Source: Octopus vulgaris (Eukaryota). From it: a stretch of 64,000 nucleotides of DNA. The stretch spans positions 82,336,001-82,400,000 of the forward strand of contig OX597815.1 of the NCBI GenBank assembly GCA_951406725.2, given 5' to 3'. Below, in pieces: positions 52,136-64,000 of the stretch. Each line of letters opens with the position of its first letter. Position 1 is the stretch's first letter. The position numbers were made by a program, and so were the translations under genes. The notes beneath the pieces are model-generated. The model saw only the letters and a list, made by a program, of their open reading frames with translations, was not told where the DNA came from and made no database searches.

Positions 52136-53745
52136 GCGAGAGAAAATTTAATTTATATATTTACCATAGTTTTTTTTATTGCTTTAGAAGTCGGTTATCG
52201 TTTATAGAGAGGGAAAAACTTTGAAGATGATAGAATTAGTTGTCTTCCAGGAAATGTAATACGTTAGGAGAATTCAGCTACATTATTTTAAGTTCTGAGC
52301 TGAAACTTCTCTATAGTTAACTTCGGCTTTCATGATCGATAATATAAAGTCCCGATCAAGTCTTAAAGATGATTTTATGAGCACTGCACTTTCCAGTTAA
52401 TCTAAGATTTTTCTGCATGTATCAGAACATTGTCAGAAACTGTAAATTGCAACCTGATTTTATTATATGGGCTATGATGGTGTACAATTGTTGCTAATCA
52501 AGTTAGTTATTCGCCTTGTAATGAACTCACTAGTTGGTGCTTCGTAACGTGCCATCGAGTAATTGGATCCTTGAATAATTTATTTAACTCTCAAATAGAC
52601 AAAACCATCTTGCTGCAAATAGCAGGCCTCGCCCTTGAAAACTTTGTCGGAAGCAATGTGAGGACTCCATCTGTCTACTACTTCTTGGATTTGTTGTTTC
52701 CTCTCAGGCCACAATATTACAACATGCTCTGACAATGCTTTACTCTGAAACGCTATCTATTCTCTTGTGCCCAAAGGTTTGGCTATGTCTTCTCATTGTT
52801 TCTACAATTCATTAATGACATAACTGCCCCTTTCTTTACTACAGAATGCCATGTACTTTTAAATCAACGGAAACTGGATATTAGTTGCTTTCTGATGTGG
52901 TTGCCTTTCTAATGTAGTTGCTTTCTGATGTAGTTGCCATTCCGGTGTAGCTGTCTCTCTTTCTCCCACAATTCTACCCCCTGTCATACGTTAGATTCTG
53001 CAAGAAACCTCTTCCACAAGAGGTCCTACGAAGATCCTCAACGTATATGAAGTATGTTTCTTACCCAGGTATCACTATTAGACATCGACTTTCAAAATTT
53101 AGAAGTGAACAGAAACTGCATTAATCTCATAAGTTTAAGAAAGTTCATAGCCAGTGCTTTTCCCTCGCTCTAAGCCAGTTGTAAAATAATGCAACTGAAC
53201 TGAAGTGATAAGATAAAGTGCTATTTGTGTGTTTAAAGAAATAACTTAGAGTGAATGAGTAGAACATGGATTTAGACGTTCAAATTAAAACTAAATATGG
53301 AAACAGTGATGAACGCTGTTGTTGTTATCATTTAGTCCTCGGCCAGCTCTGATCAGAACGTTGATCAAATGTTTTCAAACAATGGACATCCCATTTTTCT
53401 CGTTTTCTGGCACCATGTAACTATGTAATATTTCGTTACAAAAAAGTCACCTTCGACAGCATTTTGAAGTTAGTAAGGTATGGTTTAAACGAATTCTTGT
53501 TGCTATATCTAGCAAGCCAAATGAAAAAAAAAAAACTCTCTTGGCTTTTTTCAGTGTTGGAAATAAAACAGTGAAGTGGGTAGAATAATCAGTGTGAGAA
53601 AGCCGCTTTTGGGTGGATGGTGGAGTCACCCTCTCTCTATTCGCCCTGACAGTATGAGAAAAGTTATTTGAAAACTCCCAGCAACTGTTATCAATTATTT
53701 TGACTTATAACTTAGTACACAGTGAATTTTCAATACAGAGATGTT

Positions 53746-53805
<60 letters not shown>

Positions 53806-54959
53806 TCGCCCCATCATTATTACATCTACTCATTTCTATTTCGCAATATGTTTGGACTTGTGTTTGTTGCTGTTGTAGCAATTAACGTTTTCTATTGTTT
53901 GATTTCAAACGAAGTCACGCTTTTGTAAAAACCATTGCCACTTTTGCTGCTGTTGTTACTATTTTTGCCACCATAAATGAAGCTGTTGCTGTACACTTTA
54001 GTTTAAAAAGAGATCAGGTTAATCAGCAACTGCTTACTAACGTCTTAAAATAATTTTCATGCTCGTTAACAATGAGAAAACCATATATTTTGTTGTGGTT
54101 GTTGTTGGAAGAAAGGAACTAATGAGTAAGAAACAAAATAAGTAAAATTTAAAATAAAATTTAAAAAAATTAAATAAAAATATGAAATAACTTAGAGGTG
54201 GAATGGTGCACGACGTAAGCTGACAAGACAGTTGCAACCCTAGAGCAACTAAGGCCATTGCCCGTGTAGAAAAATGTAGTATTAAATTTGTGCTTAGAAT
54301 TTATTAGCTTCCCTGCGGAACGGTACAACACGAGATTTAACCTCCTATCCAACGTAGGGGATCCGATAAATTTTAAGTTTCCCAGCTTCCTCAAGCCGGC
54401 TACAGGTTAGACGTATGCATTATTTAATACATGCTTCAATGTGAATTCGTAAATATATGTAAAATAATATTCATGTGTGTCAGGTGTACATGCAGAGCTA
54501 TGGTAATGGGTAAGTAAGTGGTAATAAACTTTGCGTTGCGATACAAAATGATTGCGTCAGCGATATTTGAAACTAGAATGATAAGTGTAACATTGCACAA
54601 GAGGTAAGTTCCCGGTTTCAAATACTGATTCATGCAATGTCGCTTCATTTGCATTTCCTATTACTGTAAGGAGGAAAAAGCAATTGGGCATCAAGGCTTG
54701 TCTCTATTTTTATATTTGTTTTCGCTAAACATAGGGCTCACTTCTAGATCAAACAATAACATGGTGGCGACCTGGAGAAGTTAAAACCTGGCGAACTGAA
54801 TCTTCTTTTGATCCAGTTTCGGACCTTATTTATGCTATTCCTGTTCATTTTTAACATAAATCTCTTTGCCTCAGTAATTTTCTTGGTCTCCAAGAGTTAT
54901 AGGAGGACACAAAGTGGTGAATGTTAGTGAGAAAAAGATATACTGGCACTGCTGCTGCA

Positions 54960-55005
<46 letters not shown>

Positions 55006-55179
55006 ATTCTGCTACTGCTGCTGCCGCTGCTGCCGCTGTTTTGTATGAGTGTACGTGTGCATGTGTGTGTCTGTGTGTGTGTGTGCGTGTGTGTGCGTGC
55101 ATGCGTGTGTGTGTATACGCGCGCTGTGTGTACGAATGTGTGTGTTTCTTTGCATTTGTGTCTATTCGCCACAATTTCA

Positions 55180-55350
55180 CAGGTGTTCGTTTGCTTACGA
55201 CCCCGTAAACTAGCTATTCAGCAAAAGCGAACGATAGTATAAATACTAGACTTAAGGAAAGAGATACCAGTGTCAATTTGTTCGCTTAAACAGTTCAAGG
55301 CAGTGCTCCAGCATGGCAGCAATCCAACGAGTAAAACAAGTAAAAGATAC
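55180..55350 (+). mobile_element. SINE family B 3' fragment
   Basis: ccccgtaaactagctattcagcaaaagcgaacgatag...caaggcagtgctccagcatggc. Confidence 0.65.
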
Positions 55351-55699
55351 AAGCCTGTCGCGAACAGCTCATATGGTGGTGAAACTCAAAATAGACTGTC
55401 AAGTTTTGATATAATAAACATATCTTTTGACTGTACCCAACGTATGGAATTCTGCATTAGATTATCTTTGCACAGTAAAAATATTCTTTTAATACTCTGT
55501 ACAACTCTACGTTGTACGTACTGTATGTGTGAGAGAGCATAAGTGAGAGTAGAGAGGCAAGTTTTGTCTAGTGGATGTTTTAAAAAAAGATGGGTGAATG
55601 TAGCAAGGATGGCACGTATGAATGACGAAGCCACCTTGACTATGATCCTATGAACCGTAAAAATTAATACAGAGTTGCTTATTTGTAAAAAAATATAAC

Positions 55700-55997
55700 A
55701 TGTGACTTCATTGACCGAGGTTACCGTGGTCTTTTCCGTAGGCTTTTCTTTCCACGGGTAAACCTCACCTGTCATCCCCTTTACACTTTATATTGACATT
55801 TCTGTGATAACGATCCCTATTGATCGATTTTTTTCCTTTTATTTTTATCCCCCCCTTTTTTTGCTTTCCTCTTTCTTTCCTTTTACGATCCTTTTTGATC
55901 GAAAACCAAAACCCTTTTTTTATCTCCAAAAAGAAAAGCTCTACCTTATAATTTGTCCCGTCTGTATGCAGCCCTGTGTGGCTAATAAAGAAACATA
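55700..55997 (+). mobile_element. Probable 3' UTR of a Tx1-like LINE, ending at (ATCT)n
   Basis: Pyrimidine-rich segment ending tttgtcccgtctgtatgcagccctgtgtggctaataaagaaacata, similar to the LINE end at 33874 and to the SINE A tail. Confidence 0.5.
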
Positions 55998-56017
55998 TCT
56001 ATCTATCTATCTATCTC

Positions 56018-56142
<125 letters not shown>

Positions 56143-56534
56143 CATATTTCTACAAGAAAAGATATGTCAAGGATTTCGAAGTTTCGGCCTGCTAATCATC
56201 ATCGGCCTATATATAATACACGCGCTCCCGTCCAACACACGATCGATTTGGATCACATGTTTTATTGCAGATATACCTGTAGCAGGTTTGATGGTCTTTC
56301 AACCACTGCCGCTCAAATAACTACCTGGCCTTGACTTTGTTTTAAATTTAATTTTGACAAACGAAGGTCAGTTTTTTTCTTAAGCTCAATTTTTTGTTAC
56401 GAATTATTACACGAATCACTACTGCATCATTGGAAATCCGTTAAAAATTGATTTTCATTCCAGCAGCAGATGAGCACACTTTGAGACATAAAGCACAACC
56501 GTGATCCATTTGTACTGCTTAAAGCATAGTACAT

Positions 56535-58100
56535 ATTTTCGATATCAGGGAGTACTATAAGAAACATCGTGTACTTTTGGGACGTTCATAATGTACATAA
56601 TTCTCTTGAAAGTACGTCTTAGACTTTATAGTGACAGAGTCTTGTACAGCACGCGCTGATTATCAATTAACATGTACTTACGACAAGAAAAGATCAAAGT
56701 GATTGGTGGAAGCATCAATCGGATGTACTTATAAAGATTATGTTTCGGTCTCCTGATGAATAGCCGTTCATGAATGAATATACGAGCTTTTGAAAATGTA
56801 ATCCGACCACAGATATTGTGTGATCACCCCGGACGCGAAATTTTTTTCTCACGAGAGTTCCGGACTCCAGTTATGAATTCATTTGCATACAGCCAATCAG
56901 AGCTCAACTCAAACTAGTTTATGAAAACATACCAAATAATGGGCAAAAGGTCATTTGGATAAGGAATAACCATGTTTCTTTTCTCGTTTGATAATGCTTG
57001 TGTTCTTGGTCTTCTTTCAACCGTGGCTGCCTCTGCGTAGTTATTTGTCTTATTGTTTACTTTCTAAAACAGTAAAGGAAGAGAGTTACTAGCACATCAC
57101 CTTCTAATCACATTTTTTTCCATCTACGTCTTTACCATATGGGGCCCTAGCAAAATCCGATAAGAGGTATAGATGCAAATCTAATTACTTGTCTCCTAAA
57201 ATCAGGCATAACTTGGCGATCGGTCGACTTATAACACCGTTCTTCGTCTTGAGTTTAGTCGGTAGAATGTGTTTGTTAACTTTACCTTGTCATGGTGAGC
57301 TCTGATTGGCTGTATGCAAATGAGTTCATTATTGGCGACCGGAACTGTTGTGGGAAAAGAATTCGCACCCTAGACCCGGACCTCCTATCATACAGAAATT
57401 CAACAGCTGGCAGTTCACGAAAGCTATGTTTCTCTGTAGAATAATCAATTCAATCTTTCTGAAAATGAGTGCTATTTGACCGCCATTTTATAGACCGCCA
57501 TTTGCTATTTTTGGGGGTCAAGGTGGTTTTATTTTGTTCAGTACAAGATATTTTCTTTTGGGACCCCATGAAATCCCCTTAGTTTATGATTGGGGCGCTT
57601 ACCGAGAATTAATCTGCAATACATTAATTGCTTTGGAGACTGGAATCGTCAGGACGGATGACACGACCAATTTGTCGCATACGATACTGGATAGGATGAC
57701 TTTCCATATTTAAACAACGCCCCTATTCTGACACGTCTGTGTCAAGTGTAAAATGTACCGATTATGTACTCGAATACATGGGTATGATGCACTCCAGCAC
57801 TAGTCAGAACATTCATCATGGAGTTGGAAAACTCTGAACCATAACCATCAAGTGTCATATAGATTACAGGGATTTGTAAAGAGTAGCAGACGGAAACTTT
57901 AATATGAAACATCCGATTGATGCTTCCACCAATCACTTTGATCTTTTCTTGTCGTAAGTACATGTTAATTGATAATCAGCGCGTGCTGTACAAGACTCTG
58001 TCACTATAAAGTCTAAGACGTACTTTCAAGAGAATTATGTACATTATGAACGTCCCAAAAGTACACGATGTTTCTTATAGTACTCCCTGATATCGAAAAT
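56535..58100. mobile_element. Foldback/TIR element with 192-bp inverted arms and a nested inner inverted repeat
   Basis: 56535-56726 is the reverse complement of 57909-58100 (no mismatch seen by eye). Inner pair at about 56835-56906 and 57296-57366. No coding capacity seen. Confidence 0.85.
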
Positions 58101-58552
58101 TATTTAACGAAAAGAAAGTTAAATAAATCTATTTAACGAAAAGAAAGTTAAATCTATTAAAGGCATTCGGTGTTGGGTGCTGAAGTATGAAGATTTGACA
58201 ATCTGGAAATGTACTCTCAAATTAGTCCATTGGTGCGTGTATATATGCGAGCAAATACTCATTTGCGGTTCGATGAAGGTGACATAATCGTTCTCAATAT
58301 GATGAATTTTGTGAAGGTGATATACCTCAACACACAACTCTCCACACGTACAACACACACATACACAACGCACACACACAGAGGTACACATATACACACA
58401 CGTACATACAATTCCACACACACTCACACGCACACACAAGAAGGCACATATACCCCCACAAATCCTTGGGCCAACTTTTTCGACTAACAAAAGAAAAAAA
58501 ATCCTTTAAGGTGGTACCCATGCATGGTCGCAGTCAAAGGACTGTTAAAAAA

Positions 58553-58592
<40 letters not shown>

Positions 58593-58597
58593 ATACA

Positions 58598-58666
<69 letters not shown>

Positions 58667-59113
58667 AGTTAGGGTAAATCCCAGCTGTTTCTTCTAGAGC
58701 ACATCTGCTCATTACATTATGACAATCAATATGTATTATTACTGTTATATGTAAACCAAAACATACATTGAAACTGAAGATTATGGAAATATTATGTGAA
58801 GAATTGTTTAATAGACAAACCAGGAAAATGAAAATGTGTTGTTATTATTTATTCTCCATTACGTGTATTTCATTTTCTAATAGGAATCACAATGATATAC
58901 ATGTTATATAGGCATGTAAGGGATTTTTTCTTAGAGAAATCGACAGGCAATTTTTTTTGAAATGTGTTTTGTCGATTTCCCAAATAAAAAATTCCTTGCA
59001 ATGTGTATATAACATGTAAATCTTCGTAATTTCTATTAAAAAATGAAACACGTGTAGTGGAGAATAAATAATACGAAAAGAATTTTCCATATTCCTGTCG
59101 TGTTTATATGCAT

Positions 59114-59157
<44 letters not shown>

Positions 59158-59511
59158 ATATATATATATATATGGGTATATATATACATATATGTATGTA
59201 TATTTATATATGGCTATATATATATATGTATGTATATACACATACATACATGCATACGTATATACATACACACATACATATATACATACGTGTGTGTATG
59301 TGCATGTGTGTGATGTGCATGTGTGTTTCTGTATATATTAAATATTCATACACACAAATACATACAAATATGTATTTGAGTGTGAATACGTATTTTTATC
59401 TTTGTATGTGTATGTATTTGAAGTACATTACACCTATGTTATTTGCATACACACACACGCAGGCAAGCACACACACACGCGCACGCACCTCCCCCACACA
59501 CGCATGCACAT

Positions 59512-59575
<64 letters not shown>

Positions 59576-60000
59576 GTATATGTTTTCAATTATGAAATTA
59601 TTTTGTCTTAATTGTGAGTTTTTCCCAGTCTTCATTTTCTTCCCCCCACCCAGATTTATGTGAAATTAATGCTGATATTAATGAGTTAAGTAAAGCATGG
59701 AAATTGATGAAATGTGGAGACTATAGAAAGATCAGTTTTTGCATCAATGACCACCAGACAGTATAACAGAATAATTGGAAGAAAGGTACAGAGAATATTA
59801 TGGAAACCATTGCAACATTTTGATGCTTGGCTCAAATAGTGAAAAAGAAGAAAAAAAAAACGAAAAACAGTTATAAGTATTAATATATATTATGTTTTAG
59901 TTTCAAAACTCTAGAGGTAAGATAGTCAAGTAGATAGAATAATAGATTACTCTGATTATGAGTTCAAAACTTCCGGTTCGATTGCTGTATGTTGAGTGAA

Positions 60001-60300
60001 GGCTTTGTGGTTAAGGTAATCGGCTCACGATCTTCAGTTCGATTCTTGGCACCGCATTGTGTCCTCGAGTATGACTCTTCATTTCAGGTTGATCCAGTCC
60101 ATTCAACTGTTAAACATCAGGTGTACCTGTAATTCAAAAGGTCAGCCTTGACACCAAATTCGTCTGAAAAGTACGTTAATGTGTGTGTGTGTATGTGTGT
60201 GTGTGTGGAGTGCTCAGCCATTAGCACGTTAATTTCACGAGCAGGCTGTTCCATTCAGCAGATCAACTACAACCCTCATCGTCGGAACTGACGAAGTGCC
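60001..60300 (+). mobile_element. Old SINE with a different head but tail type 3
   Basis: Tail gtggagtgctcagcca...cacgttaatttcacgagcaggctgttcc...accctcatcgtcg matches the tail of 46992-47382. Confidence 0.7.
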
Positions 60301-60719
60301 AATTATTCTTATTTTAGTGTGTCCGAAATATTCGAGACTCCGATTCCGTAACTGTTCAGGAATGAACACCAGACCAACATGGTACATCCCCATTCTATCT
60401 AGTCTAAAGACGATACAGTATATTGCACTAGATCATCCCGTTACTAGATCACAAGTTAATGTAAGTGTGCATATAGGTATGTATGGACTGCTTGTAGGAT
60501 AGGTTCGATTTATTTAGTAGATAATTTAATGCAACGCTCAATAGAACTCATAGAATCAAAATATATATTTTAAGCAGAATGTAGTGTGTCACACCACAAT
60601 CGTTAGAAAAATAATAGCGTGTAAAACGCTACTTGTAACCCAATCTTGAAACCATAGTGACACACACACATATATATACATATATATACACAACACATAT
60701 AGATATATATTTATATATA

Positions 60720-60765
<46 letters not shown>

Positions 60766-61231
60766 CATTTATATATGTATGTGAAGATATATGTGTACAT
60801 ATATAATGTATATATATATATATGGAAATTAAAATATATATCCATATATATGAATACATATATTCATATATATCTATATACAAATATATACAAATACACT
60901 CACACACACATAAACACACACACACGCGCACACACACACACTGACATGAAATATAATGCTGAGATTCGAAATTATTCTCTGATGCTTCTGAAATTAACAA
61001 CCTGTTACATTGAGGCAGAATGTCAATGAGTAATTAAAGATAATGATGATAATAATAATTATATAATACAGAAGGAAATATTAAGGAGATATTGTTGATT
61101 GACACGCGTCAAGGAAAAAATGTAATTAGTGTGTTAAATTATAATGTAATTAAGTTAAACGTTGTCAGTAATTTCATACAAATCATAAATGTGATTATTT
61201 TTATGCATTGCTTTATTGAAAATTAATGCAC

Positions 61232-61705
<474 letters not shown>

Positions 61706-61966
61706 CATGTGTGAGTGTGCGAGTATGTGTATCGGTGTGAATAAGTATATGAAATTGTGATTTCGAATACGACAAAATATATTTTAACTTATTGATTTAA
61801 AAAAAAAAACGCAAAGTGCACTAATACCCATATATCCACCCTCCCCCGCTTATATGTACATATTTACAAACTTGTATATATATACATTCATATATATATA
61901 TGTGTGTGTTTGTACATTTAATTCTATACATAAGATACACTATGTGTGTGTATGTACGCTTGTGTG

Positions 61967-62009
<43 letters not shown>

Positions 62010-62354
62010 ATAGTCTTCGATGACAATGTTTATCAGTTTCAATTACTTTCTCGTGATGGATTTTTATAAATTGCAAAATATAAGTGCGACACTCTTAATA
62101 TTTCATTCAGAAGATGACACCGAGAAGGACTGAAATATTGATCGACCTACGCTTAACGACGGAGAAACACACTCATGTTACTATCGTTTTGTATTATTAA
62201 TAGCTCAATGTGCTCTCAGAAATATTTTTTACGAGGTGGGTTTTACTACTAATGCTATTTCCGCAGCGAAAGTTCTTCCAATGTTCGAGTGTACACAAAC
62301 GTGTTAAATATTATGGTGTAACAACACATTTGTACATACCAGCATACGCGCACT

Positions 62355-62412
<58 letters not shown>

Positions 62413-63169
62413 TTGTAGATACATAGGTATTGGCATGAGACTCGCACATCCATGCATTCATACTGCTGATATAATTACACGCACGCACTCTCACCGGCCT
62501 AGGATCCTATATCACTCAAGTCCATTCGAAGTGTAGCCAGAGAGCGCGGCGTCACCAGCTTTCTGACCGGCTGAGCTACCCAATAAATACTCCCTTTTAA
62601 TGGATTTGATGCCACTGGAATTTCAGTTCTACTCCTAATAATACCATATGACCCACCTTGACTAATAACAGCCCAGCTTCCGGTAGCTCTCTTGGACTTC
62701 GAGTAACCTCTCCATTCGGCTACCCGAGCCCCACCCACACAGACAGGTTTCTACTAGGAACCTACGAAACTTTCAGTTGTTTGGAGTCGAATCAGATTTA
62801 AATCATAAGTATCAAATAATAACAACAATAATAATAACATAAAATATATATATATATATATGATGTATATAGATATATGTATAACAATAATACATATGTA
62901 TGTATGTATATATGTATGTATAAAATAAGATCACAAACGTGTGAAAGTTTCACTACAACTGCTTTAAACGCATTTTTTTTATTGATGAATAGTTTAATAA
63001 CATGATGAAAAAACCCTTTTCTTCAGCTTGATTAAAAATTTGGTTTGGAGAAGAATAACCCTTATATTGGATAAAAGCCCCGTATGTCATTAAAATTAAT
63101 GAACATATATTATGAAGATTAATAAATACTCTACCAACATACAAGCTGTGCAAGGTATTTGAGGATATA

Positions 63170-64000
63170 TCGAGTAATTTCAGAAAACGACTCTAACCTA
63201 GAAAAAGTCAAATGTATTTTAAGGAAATAATTTTGCACATGTTCTGAACTAACTTCCTTATAAACAAGATTATTGTATGAATCCGTCTACATCTTCATTG
63301 ACTCCTTCAATTCGGACCAGAATCGTTGGCGTACCTGAACTAACATTTTGGACCTCACCTAAAGAATGGCAGCCTTCAGTGAAGCTATGATATTGTGATG
63401 ATGTCCACTAGTTTCCCTTTCAACAACGCTCCAAACGTTGTAGCACATGGTATAAAAATCTGGTATGCTTGCAGTGCACATGTTCGGTGTTACTTGATCA
63501 TAAAGATTTTCTGACATCCAATCTTAGGTTTTGGAAAAAGTGCTGAATCCTGTTGAAACACGCATGGCCTTCCATTACATCAATCGACATATTAAACAAC
63601 TGTTTCTAGCACCTCACAGTATCGAGCAGCGTTAATTCTAAAACTCTGTGGAAAGTTGGGAGTGGCATTAAATGACCTTCGTTAATAACCATTCCTAAAT
63701 CCATCACAGTTACTGAAAACTTAGTGTGTTTCACTCGGAAACGTCAGAAGGGTCTGCACAAAACTTTTGGTCTTGGTTAAAGTTTACATATATTCGTGAG
63801 AGATTTTAACTTCGTAAAGTAATAGCTTGACATGGTTTCCTTGTGTTATTCCAGACATAAATTGGGTCCTCTTAAGGCTTGAATTGAATGTCCTCATGCA
63901 ACGCAGTTCTACCAGTCCGCTCTGATACCTGATGGTCTTAGGTGATGGCACTCAATGATTTTCCGGGATCGCCATCCAAGTTTTAAGCCCGTCTGATGAA
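63170..64000 (-). mobile_element. Decayed Tc1/mariner-superfamily transposase, maT/DD37D-like; continues past the window end
   Basis: Minus-strand fragments DPGKS, HQVSERT.RTALHEDI, CADPSDV..KHTKFSVTVMDLGMVINEGHLMP, NGRPCVFQQDSA, MSENLYDQVTPNM, VWSVVERET, SLKAAI. Confidence 0.85.

Noticed and set aside
52881-52955. Roughly 17-18-bp tandem repeat (tagttgctttctgatg)
   Set aside because: Short decayed minisatellite with no further structure.

Overview
AT-rich eukaryotic, repeat-dominated DNA. It is most likely an octopus/cephalopod genome, inferred only from the tRNA-derived SINE families and microsatellite spectrum. No intact protein-coding gene can be supported: nearly all ORF-track entries are translations of microsatellites. 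The window holds many SINE copies from at least three modular families, a 5'-truncated L1/Tx1-clade LINE, decayed Penelope-like (RT/GIY-YIG), RTE, mariner, maT/Tc1 and hAT-like remnants, a Helitron-like insert, two mariner/Tc1 MITEs and a 1.57-kb foldback element with 192-bp arms. Three observations stand out. (1) A 1.63-kb palindrome of 362-bp tandem units sits in a (TA)n tract, and each full unit carries a minimal type I hammerhead ribozyme with a compensatory U3-A8 core (retrozyme/Penelope pLTR-like). (2) Several further unrelated hammerhead motifs lie next to microsatellites. (3) The Tx1-like LINE 3' end and a SINE tail share sequence and both join the same base inside the SINE head, suggesting a site-specific LINE plus self-targeting SINE system. 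A few possible small exons on + are noted at low confidence. All alignments were done by eye; boundaries of old repeats are approximate.
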